A stretch of DNA of 64,000 nt from positions 248,001-312,000 of the forward strand of contig AP039690.1 in assembly GCA_051599415.1 (NCBI GenBank), given 5' to 3'. This stretch comes from Savitreella phatthalungensis. Taxonomy: Eukaryota. Positions 10,075 through 20,424 of the stretch are shown here, piece after piece (positions within the stretch are counted from its first letter, which is position 1; each line of letters starts with the position of its first letter). The notes beneath the pieces were generated by a model, which saw nothing but the letters and a program-made list of their open reading frames with translations, was not told where the DNA came from and made no database searches. A program made the position numbers and the translations under genes.

Positions 10075-12597
10075 TCATCCGCGTGACGCCGCGGCACCGT
10101 CGAGGCCAGTCGAGCGCTGCGCGACCAGCCCCGCCTTATTCTGAGCAGCAGAGACCTGCATCGCTTCGCGCTTCAACTCGAGCGCTGGTGCGCCAAGATC
10201 AACATTGAATGATGGCAATTCTTGACCAGGGCTGATGTCCCCGCTGGTGATAGGCGGTTCCACAGCTGCCTCACGTCGCAGGCTCGACGGCTCAAGAGCC
10301 CTGTTCCTGGGCAATGCGATGGTCGCCAATGATGGATCAATCCGGACCGTTGCTGCACGCGGATTGATCTGCTGAGGAGGGTTTGTCGTCGTCGGTGTTG
10401 AGGTAGACATAGCCTGAGGAGTTCTGGAGCGCGTCGAAATGAGTGGCGGATTACTTGCGCTCGTGACGGGCATCGATCTCGTGCTCGCGGGCCGCTTGAG
10501 ACCCGGACGACTGAGAAGTGGCACGCTACCCTGAAGTGCCATACCTGGAGGCGGCTGATACAGCTGCGAGTGATGTATTTGGTTGGTGTGTTGCGATGCC
10601 GCGGCTGCAATTGCTCGTTCTGCCGACGAGATAGAGTCGGAACGAGTGGCTATCGCAGCGGCGGGACCTAGATCGTGCTGTCGCAATGCTTGACGTTTGA
10701 CTTCGGTAAGGGCGGAAGAGGATGCAGAGCTCTGAGGCGATTCGCTGCCGGTGGTTTGGCTCGTTTCAGTCTTCTCGCGCGTGGCGCTATTCATGGTGTT
10801 GGCGCGCTTGAACAATCGAACACGTCGTTTGCCAGTTGTTTGGCGGCTGTTGCCTGCAACGGACGCACGTGGTAGTCGAGCTTTGTATAGCAGATCGCGT
10901 GCTCGCTTCCTTTCCTGGTAGGTACTGATGAGTCGCAGTATACGCAGGATGGGAGCTAGGGAGACGACGACCAGCAGGACGACCGTCACCGGGATCGCGA
11001 TGGCCCAAAAGTACAAAGGCCCGTCATCCAGTGCTCCCCACGTCCCTTTGAAATTCATCCCGAAGTAGCCGGTCATGAATGTGAGAGGCAGGAATATTAT
11101 GGTCGTTGTGGTAAGTTGTCGCATGATGTCGTTTTGGCGCGAGGATCTAAACTGAAAGATGTGATTCGCCAACGTATCGCATAGCGATACCATGGAGTCG
11201 ATATGGTCCATGTTGGACAACAGGTGATCCCGCACATCGGCCCAGTACGAGCCACGGTTGTTCTTCAGGTAAATCTGACTGTGACCAGAGAATCCCTGTC
11301 CGGAAGGAATTGATGCTGAGCCATTACCCGTGCCGGTTGATTCGTTATGTGAGAAGTCCTCAGCCATTTGATGTAATGGTTCGTGCGACTCGTCTAATGC
11401 GGATGGATGAAAGGTTCGGCGTGAAGGCCTGGCAGACTTGTCGGACCCGCCTGCGTTGTTGCGAAAATCATTGACGACTGCAAGAATATGGACGACGGTG
11501 CGACGAAGGAGAGAGATGTCGGCCTTGAGCATGTGAAGCTCCTTTGGCCCATCGCGTTTGGGCGTTTCGAGCACGGTATATTCCAATTCCGCGAGATGCT
11601 CTTGAAATGCGGCAATCACGAGTTCGTGTTGATCAACAATGCAGTCAACGATGGCATGCACAAGCTGTTCGACTGACTCGCTCGTTCTGAGCACTAGGCT
11701 TGAGCCAGCCACAATGCGTTTCATGACTGGCGCGGCGATGATCGACGCTGAATGCTCAAAGATGGAGACCACGACGCGATCGGTGAAGAAAATCGAGGTC
11801 TGCTCGACGCCAACTTCCGAATTGTTCAAGACTGACCTGTTGAAGTTCGAGCGTGGGTAATAGTATTCCCGCAAAGTCGTCTGATATTCACTGTTGCGGT
11901 ACAGATTGGTGATACGGCGGTTGCCGTTCTTTGCGCCAGTCGAGCCGAATAGGGCATGCCCGACGAATCGGAGGAAAGTCTCCTCGTCGTCCTCTTCGTC
12001 GCGCTCGTTCTGATCGTCCAAGAGCAGCAGCAGTGGCAGACATAGATAGGCGTGTTCTGCGTAACGATCGATCTTTGTGCGGGTCGGGAAATGTAGACTG
12101 TCCTCGATAGACAGCTGATGGAAACGATACGCATTCGATATGCGCCTCAGTACATTGTAGTCCATTCCGTTGACATTGATCCAACGTACACTTGACCAAT
12201 CTGGCTGCGGGATATTCATGAATTGGAGGAACTGCTCGTTGTCGAACGGACCGTGGACTTCGTATCGCGATGTACAGTAGTCCGTTACAGTGATGTTACA
12301 TTCTTGATGAATGTCAAGCTCGATGGCGTTGAGGTCGACTCCAGGCTCACGTCCAGTCTCATGCAAAGTATCTTGTAGCTCAGAATTCTGAGAGATAGAG
12401 AACGACCTATTGCGCTTCTGCAGGATCTGGTCGCCGGTATCTTGCTCGAAAGTATGGAAAACATTCGAATCTAGACGATGCATCTGATTGACGCGCTCCT
12501 CGTCAAAGTGTATGTGAATGCTGCGTGAAGCTCTTGGGTCCGTGTTAGCGACGCTGCCATGCGTGCGCGGTCGCATCTGTGGACTCGACGGATCCAT
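10075..12597 (-). CDS. CorA-family Mg2+ transporter with a long low-complexity C-terminal tail
   Basis: VRWINVNG, HQLSIED, TIIFLPLTFMTGYFGMNF (GMN motif) and two terminal TM helices. Confidence 0.9.
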   Translation of the reverse strand: MDPSSPQMRPRTHGSVANTDPRASRSIHIHFDEERVNQMHRLDSNVFHTFEQDTGDQILQKRNRSFSISQNSELQDTLHETGREPGVDLNAIELDIHQECNITVTDYCTSRYEVHGPFDNEQFLQFMNIPQPDWSSVRWINVNGMDYNVLRRISNAYRFHQLSIEDSLHFPTRTKIDRYAEHAYLCLPLLLLLDDQNERDEEDDEETFLRFVGHALFGSTGAKNGNRRITNLYRNSEYQTTLREYYYPRSNFNRSVLNNSEVGVEQTSIFFTDRVVVSIFEHSASIIAAPVMKRIVAGSSLVLRTSESVEQLVHAIVDCIVDQHELVIAAFQEHLAELEYTVLETPKRDGPKELHMLKADISLLRRTVVHILAVVNDFRNNAGGSDKSARPSRRTFHPSALDESHEPLHQMAEDFSHNESTGTGNGSASIPSGQGFSGHSQIYLKNNRGSYWADVRDHLLSNMDHIDSMVSLCDTLANHIFQFRSSRQNDIMRQLTTTTIIFLPLTFMTGYFGMNFKGTWGALDDGPLYFWAIAIPVTVVLLVVVSLAPILRILRLISTYQERKRARDLLYKARLPRASVAGNSRQTTGKRRVRLFKRANTMNSATREKTETSQTTGSESPQSSASSSALTEVKRQALRQHDLGPAAAIATRSDSISSAERAIAAAASQHTNQIHHSQLYQPPPGMALQGSVPLLSRPGLKRPASTRSMPVTSASNPPLISTRSRTPQAMSTSTPTTTNPPQQINPRAATVRIDPSLATIALPRNRALEPSSLRREAAVEPPITSGDISPGQELPSFNVDLGAPALELKREAMQVSAAQNKAGLVAQRSTGLDGAAASRG

Positions 12598-12971
12598 TTG
12601 CCGTAACGCTCCCCTAGATCATCAATCTGCTAGATCCTATGAGAAGCCCGCCTCGATTGCTTCCAATGTTTGTCGGACCTCAAATGAGTATTCTCTCAGT
12701 ATTGCTATGGAAGTGCTAGATGCCGCGCCCTTGCATCACAAGCTCGGCTCTACATTCGAAGGTTATGCTCGTCACCTGGACGATCTTACGAGCAGCCAGA
12801 TCTTCGGGCAATTTCAAGCGAGCTCCGGAATCAATTTTGACAGCCAATCATTAAATGCACGTGCACCATAACCCGCGATCACGGCGCCACTAGGGCCACC
12901 CTTGCGAACTGCAGCAACGATCAACGTTCCCTGCACGGTTGTAGGCAGATCGATCGCAGGCGTGAAACACA

Positions 12972-15900
12972 TCACGCTGATGACGAAGCTAATTCCTGTC
13001 GTGCCTGCAGAGATCCCTTGCGATAGCCTTCGTCATGAGCCTTTCGCTTTTTAATTTGAGGTGGGTCGTGAGGCTTTCCCCAGCCACCTCCACCAGGCGT
13101 GCTAACGATGATGTGATCTCCGACACCAAATTGACCAGTATTTTTGCCTCCCATATTTATGCGACGTCCAGGACGACCGTCAGAGTGCCGACGGATCCAG
13201 ATATTTTGGCCGCATTGACCGTCACTGCCCCCATGTAATCCGTAAGGACTATAGACACGTCGCTCTGATAAGATGCTCGCCTGGACAGGAATCCTGAACT
13301 CAATATCTCGCACAACCCCCATGCCGCCATGATGTTGTCCTTCTCCACCACTTCCCTGGCGCAGGGAGAATTCATGTAGCACAACTGGGTAGCGCTTCTC
13401 GAACACTTCGACGTCAGTGATCCGCGTATTGGTCATGTGCGTATGTACTCCGGACTCGCCGTTCCAAGTTGGACCAGCACCGGATCCACCGGCAATGGTC
13501 TCGTAGTAGCCGAAACCATGCGGTAGATCACCGGATTTCTCAATGCCAAAAGTGAGGTTATTGCAGTCACCTTGGGAGGCTGCACATGCGTCAAAACAGC
13601 GCAACACCACGTCCGTCACCCGTTGAGACGTCAAGACGTTACCGCCGACCACAGCTGCTGTTGCAGATGGGGACAAAAATGATCCTGGCGGTATCCTTAC
13701 CTCGATCGGTTTCAGACAGCCCTGGTTGAGTGGAATATCCTGATTGACCAAACAGCGGAGGCAGTAGATGATAGCTGAGAAAGTCACAGCCTCGGGAGCG
13801 TTCGTGTTACCATAGACCTCTGGACCGGTGCCGGCGAAGTCAAACACGGCCTCCCCTTTATCCGGATCGATCGAGATGGACAGCTTGATTGGACTACCGT
13901 CGTCCATGTAATCGGTTGCTTCGAGTCTGCGGCCTTCCGATCTAGCACAGACCTCCTTCAGCATCGCGCGGACGCAAGCTTCAGCATTCTCTTGAATGCT
14001 GCGCATGTAGAACTGCACCGCGTCCTGTCCATACTCGTTCATGAGTGCCGAAATGAGCCGGATGCCTTTCTGGTTGGCAGCTAGCTGAGCTTTGAGATCG
14101 CTAATGTTATCCGTGAGGCATCGTGTACCGACGCAACCTGGATACTTCGCCGGCTCCTCACTCAATAGTCGAGTAATGCGTTGCTCATCAAATCTACCTT
14201 TCGACACGAGTTTTTCCGATGTGATAGTCGCACCTTCCTGGAAGAGTTCTCGCGAGTGCGGCGGCATGGAGCCAGGCAGAATTCCTCCGATGTCCGCGTG
14301 ATGAGCGCGTGACGCAACGTAAAAAATGATGGAGCCTTTATGAAATGCTGGCGTGACGACGGTGATGTCCGGCAGGTGAGTCCCGCCGTAAGATGGATGG
14401 TTGGATACGATCACATCGCCCTCCGACAGCTTGCCCTGCCAAAAGTTTAGTTGAGCTCGCACGCATGAGCTCATCGACCCAAGATGAACAGGTAAATGTG
14501 GAGCATTCGAGACGAGCCCTCCTTCAGCATCGAAGAGTGCACACGAGTAGTCGAGCCTTTCTTTGACATTGGTACTGACGCTCGTTTTCTGCAGAGCTCG
14601 GCCCATTTGCTCCGCAATTGCCATGAAGCGGTTCCCGAATACGGAAAGCATGACTGGGTTGACCTTGAGAAGTGAAAGTGATGATTCCTTGAGCGCAGAA
14701 ACATCGGGCAAGAACTCGACGTACAAATGTGTCGATAAGGCCACAGCCTCCCAACCGGGTTCAATCACAACTGTCTGCGTGCCATCAACGCATATGGCTG
14801 GTCCTCGAAGCGATTCGCCCGGCTTAAGATTCTCGAGCTCAAAAACAGGAGTCAACATTCGGCCGCCCTCAAAGTACACATTAGCCATCGAGTGCTGTTT
14901 CTGCTCGGAGACTGGTCTACGCTCAAGGTCTCGAAGCTGTCGCTCCACCGTCGCTTCAGGCTCGCCAGAGCTCTTGCCAATACCCCGGATCCGAACATCG
15001 TCGACCAGGATGTCCCTTTCGTCGAGCGTGAAACCATACTCTTGCCTGTGCTGCTCAACAAATTCGTCTGCGAAGCTCCGCTGACTACTACGCGGCACCA
15101 TGATGGCTGTGTCGGTACCGCGGTACCTCATATTAAGGTATTCCTCGCAAACAATGCGCTCGTCCGCAAAGCCTTGCTCACGAAGATGAGCTCGCGTCTC
15201 CGCGGCCAAGCCCGACAGCGTGCGCTCGAGATCTGCAGACGCTGATGCAGACCAGACCTTTGATTCTGGCACTTGCATCTCCTTGACGACATCGGCAAGC
15301 GCAATGCCGTACGCCGAAAGGATTGATGAGTAGCGGTGAATGAGAATTTCGCGGATACCTAATCCTCGTGCGATCGCGACAGCGTGCTGCCCTCCAGCGC
15401 CACCGAATGTTGCGAGTCGATGTGTCGTCGGATCATGGCCTTTGGCTTCGGTCAAGGCTCGGATGGGCCTCGTCATTGCTTCATTGGCGACCTTGATGAA
15501 GCCCCAAGCCACTTCGTCAGCCGCCATGTCCTCTGCGGTGTCGTCATTGATGGTCCGAGCCAGTTTCTCGAATTCTGTCCTGCTGGCCTCCAAGTCGAGC
15601 CCTTGGTCCTCGTTCTGGCCAAAGATCTTCGGGAAAAAGTCCGGTAACAGTCGGCCGAGAAAGAGGTTCGCGTCAGTGATAGACAGTGGTCCTCCCTTTC
15701 GATAGCAGGCTGGGCCTGGATGAGCACCTGCCGATTCAGGTCCGACAGCAAACAGGCCATTCCTCCAGAAGAGCCGCGATCCGCCACCTGCTGCGACCGT
15801 GTTGATATCGAGCTGCGGGGACTGTATTGTAACACCTGCTGTCGTTGTCTCGAAAACGTGCTCGTAGCGACCTTCGCCGTAGCGTGATAAATCACAGCTG

Positions 15901-16922
15901 GTTCCACCCATGTCCAGTCCAATCACTGGAACGTTGCTACCAGAATCATACGATGTCAAAGCATAGCCGACAACACCCCCGGCAGGTCCGCTCAGTATCG
16001 CACGGAGACCGGAGAAATCCGCCACATCGACGAGACCGCCATCGGACTGCATGAATTCGCAACGAGTCCCAGCGACAGCACCATCCTGCTTGACGCTCTC
16101 CGAACCAATGCCATGCAAGAAGCCTGCCTGGAAGCTCCTGATATAATTTTTGATCGTCGGAGTCAAATAAGCATCTGCACACGTCGACGTCGCTCGAGGG
16201 ACGAATTTGATCATCGGCATAAGCTCATGGCTGAGAGAAACGTGCGTAAAACCCACAGCCCTGGCAAGCTCGCCCACAAGCTTTTCATGCGCTTGGAACG
16301 TGTAGCCATGCACGAGACAGACAGCAAGGCTGCGGATGCCAAGGTCGTAAATGCTCTCTAGCTGACGTCTAATTTTCTCAGGATCTGGGTGCTGTAAGAT
16401 TCGGATCGTCTCCGACGAGACGCCCTCGACGAGGCAGCCGTCTGCGGCCAGATCTGGAGGAGTTCTTGTTCGCCCAGGATCTTCTGCATAGTCCTCAAGA
16501 GTTACACGCTCGTCAATTTCAAGAACATGCTCGTACAAGACTTCCGGCCGCTGTATGTCGAGCGCAAAGATATCTGGCCGTGACTGGTTGCCTATTCTCA
16601 AACAGTCCTTAAAACCGCGAGTGACGACTAGAGCGATGCGCTCACCCTTGCGTTCCAGAAGAGCGTTGGTGGCGACAGTCGTGCCCATTCGGATAGTCCG
16701 CACATCTGACAAATCTAGCTGCTGGCCGCGCGGGATATCGTAGCCGCGAAAGTGAGAAAGGAGGCGACGGATGCCTTCAAGAGGGGCGTCATCATAATTG
16801 TCCGGATCTTCCGAGAGCAATTTGATCACCTTGTGCTCCTTGCCTCGGATTCCAATGAGATCTGTGAATGTGCCGCCTCGGTCTGCTGCAATCGTGATGA
16901 TATCACCTTGCGGATGAGCCAT
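12972..16922 (-). CDS. OXP1: ATP-dependent 5-oxoprolinase (hydantoinase A/B fusion)
   Basis: [58 protein letters not shown] and HTHMTNTR. First ATG is at 16922. Confidence 0.96.
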   Translation of the reverse strand: MAHPQGDIITIAADRGGTFTDLIGIRGKEHKVIKLLSEDPDNYDDAPLEGIRRLLSHFRGYDIPRGQQLDLSDVRTIRMGTTVATNALLERKGERIALVVTRGFKDCLRIGNQSRPDIFALDIQRPEVLYEHVLEIDERVTLEDYAEDPGRTRTPPDLAADGCLVEGVSSETIRILQHPDPEKIRRQLESIYDLGIRSLAVCLVHGYTFQAHEKLVGELARAVGFTHVSLSHELMPMIKFVPRATSTCADAYLTPTIKNYIRSFQAGFLHGIGSESVKQDGAVAGTRCEFMQSDGGLVDVADFSGLRAILSGPAGGVVGYALTSYDSGSNVPVIGLDMGGTSCDLSRYGEGRYEHVFETTTAGVTIQSPQLDINTVAAGGGSRLFWRNGLFAVGPESAGAHPGPACYRKGGPLSITDANLFLGRLLPDFFPKIFGQNEDQGLDLEASRTEFEKLARTINDDTAEDMAADEVAWGFIKVANEAMTRPIRALTEAKGHDPTTHRLATFGGAGGQHAVAIARGLGIREILIHRYSSILSAYGIALADVVKEMQVPESKVWSASASADLERTLSGLAAETRAHLREQGFADERIVCEEYLNMRYRGTDTAIMVPRSSQRSFADEFVEQHRQEYGFTLDERDILVDDVRIRGIGKSSGEPEATVERQLRDLERRPVSEQKQHSMANVYFEGGRMLTPVFELENLKPGESLRGPAICVDGTQTVVIEPGWEAVALSTHLYVEFLPDVSALKESSLSLLKVNPVMLSVFGNRFMAIAEQMGRALQKTSVSTNVKERLDYSCALFDAEGGLVSNAPHLPVHLGSMSSCVRAQLNFWQGKLSEGDVIVSNHPSYGGTHLPDITVVTPAFHKGSIIFYVASRAHHADIGGILPGSMPPHSRELFQEGATITSEKLVSKGRFDEQRITRLLSEEPAKYPGCVGTRCLTDNISDLKAQLAANQKGIRLISALMNEYGQDAVQFYMRSIQENAEACVRAMLKEVCARSEGRRLEATDYMDDGSPIKLSISIDPDKGEAVFDFAGTGPEVYGNTNAPEAVTFSAIIYCLRCLVNQDIPLNQGCLKPIEVRIPPGSFLSPSATAAVVGGNVLTSQRVTDVVLRCFDACAASQGDCNNLTFGIEKSGDLPHGFGYYETIAGGSGAGPTWNGESGVHTHMTNTRITDVEVFEKRYPVVLHEFSLRQGSGGEGQHHGGMGVVRDIEFRIPVQASILSERRVYSPYGLHGGSDGQCGQNIWIRRHSDGRPGRRINMGGKNTGQFGVGDHIIVSTPGGGGWGKPHDPPQIKKRKAHDEGYRKGSLQARQELASSSA

Positions 16923-17221
16923 GCTTATGGAACTATCAGATCGAGCGTTCTTTGGACTTCCCTCAGATCGAACCACAAGACATGAATCAATGCCAACCAA
17001 CAGTTGTAGTCGATCTATGCTCGAACACCCTGATACCAGCGGAGAAAGAGAAAGAGACAGGCGGAGCTCTGGAAATTGTGAGCTTCAATCGATAAGATCG
17101 TGCTATCAGTCAGCCACGGGGATGCCAAGTTCATCCTGTCCATGTCGATTGATCAAATGGATGGGTACAGACCCACGCACGTGTCCATGTTGTCGAGGGC
17201 AGCTAGGTAACATGTGCATCG

Positions 17222-17277
17222 ATACTGTGATCAATACTGTGATCAATACTGTGATCAATACTGTGATCAATACTGTG
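17222..17277. repeat. 12-bp tandem repeat (ATACTGTGATCA) x ~4.7
   Basis: Read directly from the sequence; lies upstream of OXP1. Confidence 0.9.
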
Positions 17278-18705
17278 CATCAATCAAGTCTCAATGAAAA
17301 AGCCTTGCAATCCGCCCCGACAAAGATTGTGAAGGCGGGAAATTTGTCTGGCTCCAGGAGTCAGGTGGTGTCAGGTGGGCATGCGACGAAGTCAGAGCTT
17401 GAAGTTCAATTCTAAGATTGCTGCCAGTCACTGAAGCGGATATGCACACCTACTGTGTGCTCAAGCATCTTCAAACTTGAGACACTTGACGTTCCAATGA
17501 TCAGTGATCAGGTTCCTCGTCGACTAGACTTTAGATAGTCCGTCAAAACAAGAGTTTCAATTGCATTCCGGCGCGCTGTAAGCAGTGTATGCTCCTGCCG
17601 AAGATATGGTCTCGACCGCAGCCATCTCTCAGACGCCCTCATATCGAACCGAATTTTACCGAACGAGCAGTCGGATTTGAGAACTGCGGGGGTGGAATTA
17701 TGACCTAACGGATTTGCTGCGATATCGTGCAGGGCTTGTCCTCGATCAGTGATGCTGTGTGACACAGGTCTGCAGCCTTCCATCGCGCGGATGGGACTAT
17801 AGCTAGGAAGATACTTGGTTGAGCTGACTGATCGTGTAGAGACAGAACCGAGCCATGGCCTGCTGAGGTAGTGTGGGCCGCGTTCGCGTGATTGGCGAAG
17901 ATTATCGCAGGTCGACCGTATCTACTGTGGCGGCCGCGGCTATTTCAATTTCCCGGACAGTTCCCGAACAAAGCAGAGCGTAGTCAGCAACAATCCAATA
18001 GCCGACGCACTAATCTGTAAGTCCTGATCTCTGAACGCCATATTGCATTTCAACATTCTCGAGTGCCAATCGGTTTGGGTGCCATCTCCCCTTCATACTA
18101 TCCAGGGTGGTGCAATGTATTTCGTGTATTGAGCAGACGTTCGTTTCCTGCGCAACCACCCCTAAAGCCTATCAACCAATTTCTAACTTCAAAGGGATAC
18201 ATGCAGTACATACATTTCAACCAAATTTTAAACCTCTCCGAAGCCACAAGTCAAATGACCATTTCCAATTCACTTGGGGTCCCTTTGCCTTCGCGACAGA
18301 GGCTTAGATGTAGTGATCCCGCTAAGGCTGGATCTAGCGAGATCCTTCAACTACCTCTTAACGGAGCCATCCAAAGCAGAGCGCCATCAGGTCAAACAAG
18401 GAAAAAGCTGATTCGGCCAGTAGCTCTTGCAGGTCATCTGAACTGAGTCGTAAGGATATATGCGCTCCCGATTAGGATTATCGTCTTTTCTCGCTTATCT
18501 TTGTCGCGACGCGACCCCACTCAAGGACGACGTCCGCGCGGCACAAACAGGTGATCGTTGAGTGTCCGAGACTGAGGAGACTGACGTTTATGATATGCAC
18601 AACTATCGCGCTCACGCCAGCATTTCCAAACTGTCTTGGGAACTGCTTTCTACGAAGTTCAAATTGCGCCGTCAGACATCATCTTTATCATCCAGGTGAT
18701 CGGAG

Positions 18706-20334
18706 ATGGAGTTCGACAATGCCCTGGCTGGGCGACGGAAGGCTACCTCAGCTGATGAAAAGCTTGCAGTGATGGGATACAAGGCTGAACTGCCTCGCAC
18801 GCTGTCCATGTTCTCAATTCTTGGCCTGTCCTTTGCGATCATGGCTGTCCCATTCGGGCTGTCGACGACAATGACGATTGGCCTCACTGATGGTGGACCG
18901 GTCACGATATTGTACGGCTGGATCTTTGTCTCACTCATTTCAACTGGTATCAGTGCCTCACTTGGCGAGATCTGTTCAGCTTTTCCTACGAGCGGCGGCG
19001 TATACTACTGGTCTGCAATGCTCTCTCCAAGGCGTTACGCAGCGCTTGCTTCCTATATTACAGGTTGGATCGGTCTCATTGGCAACCTGCTGGTCAGCAC
19101 GTCAATCAGCTTCTCCGGAGGTCAGCTGATTCTCAGTGCAATCGGGCTCTGGAACGAGAACTTTGCGCCGAAGCCTTGGCATGTGGTCTTGACGTACTTT
19201 GCAGTCTTAATCGTCGCGCTGGCGGCAAACTTGTTCCCGTCGCGGATGCTTGACAAGCTTAATACGGCTTGCGTATACTGGACTGGCGTTTCTGTGGCCG
19301 TCATTCTCGTGACAGTGCTTTCAAAAGCTGAGAACGGGCGTCGATCCGCAAAATTCGTTTTCAGTGAATACGATACAACGCGCGCCGGTTGGGCGCCCGG
19401 ATGGACATTCTTTGTTGGGCTTCTGCAAGCTGCTTACACGCTGACAGGGTATGGCATGGTGGCATCACTATGTGAGGAAGTCCAGAATCCTGAACGCGAG
19501 GTCCCTCGTGCAATGCTTCTATCCGTCGTTGCCGCTGGCATGACTGGAATAGTTTACCTCATTCCTATTCTGTTTGTCATGCCCAATGTCGACGACGTGC
19601 TTCGTGTGCAGACTGGTCAACCTATCGGGTACATATACAAACTCGCGACAGGGTCATCGGGGGGCGGCTTCGGTCTGCTATTTCTTATACTGGGAATACT
19701 TGCATTCGCCTCCATCGGGTCACTGACTGCGGTCTCCCGCAATCTCTACGCTTTCTCTCGAGATGGTGGTGTGCCTCTGCATCGATACTGGTCGTGCGTG
19801 AATACTCGTCTGGACCAGCCCCTCAATGCTCTCTTACTCTGCACTCTGATCGAGGCCTTGCTTGGGCTCATCTACCTTGGCTCATCTGCAGCCTTCAACA
19901 GCTTCACCGGTGCGGGCACTCTTTGTCTGTCCGCGAGCTACGGGGCTCCGATCCTCGTCTCTCTCGCGACCGGCCGACGGCTGGTCAATCGTCATGCGTC
20001 TTTCCGTCTTGGTCATATACTGGGCCGGATCATCAATGGCGTCACAATCGCCTGGATCGGTTTGGCTGTCGTCCTATTCTGCATGCCGACTGCCCTACCT
20101 GTAGATAAATCCAGCATGAACTACGCCTCCGTGCTCTTTGTCGGCTTTGGCACCATTGCTGGGCTCTTCTACGCAGTTGTGGCACGGAAAACTTTTACTG
20201 GCCCACCGACACGCCTGGACGCATCAGAAGTGCCAGAGAATTCACACGAATCGATCGTTCTAACGGCTTCACGATCACATAAGTCGGCAGGCGTGCACAC
20301 TGGTGAAGAACTCGGGGATCAGCCTCAAGGTTGA
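18706..20334 (+). CDS. APC-superfamily amino acid/GABA/choline-type permease
   Basis: MGYKAELPR, GLSFAIM, LGEICSAFPTSGGVYYW, EEVQNP, SRNLYAFSRD and about 12 TM segments. Confidence 0.92.
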   Translation: MEFDNALAGRRKATSADEKLAVMGYKAELPRTLSMFSILGLSFAIMAVPFGLSTTMTIGLTDGGPVTILYGWIFVSLISTGISASLGEICSAFPTSGGVYYWSAMLSPRRYAALASYITGWIGLIGNLLVSTSISFSGGQLILSAIGLWNENFAPKPWHVVLTYFAVLIVALAANLFPSRMLDKLNTACVYWTGVSVAVILVTVLSKAENGRRSAKFVFSEYDTTRAGWAPGWTFFVGLLQAAYTLTGYGMVASLCEEVQNPEREVPRAMLLSVVAAGMTGIVYLIPILFVMPNVDDVLRVQTGQPIGYIYKLATGSSGGGFGLLFLILGILAFASIGSLTAVSRNLYAFSRDGGVPLHRYWSCVNTRLDQPLNALLLCTLIEALLGLIYLGSSAAFNSFTGAGTLCLSASYGAPILVSLATGRRLVNRHASFRLGHILGRIINGVTIAWIGLAVVLFCMPTALPVDKSSMNYASVLFVGFGTIAGLFYAVVARKTFTGPPTRLDASEVPENSHESIVLTASRSHKSAGVHTGEELGDQPQG

Positions 20335-20424
20335 GGCTATGACGCGTTGACCTACACTACGCCGAAGTGTCCGCGTCGATTTACGTAGGGCGAGCTGCTA
20401 AAACAAGCTTCGAGCGCTACGAAA

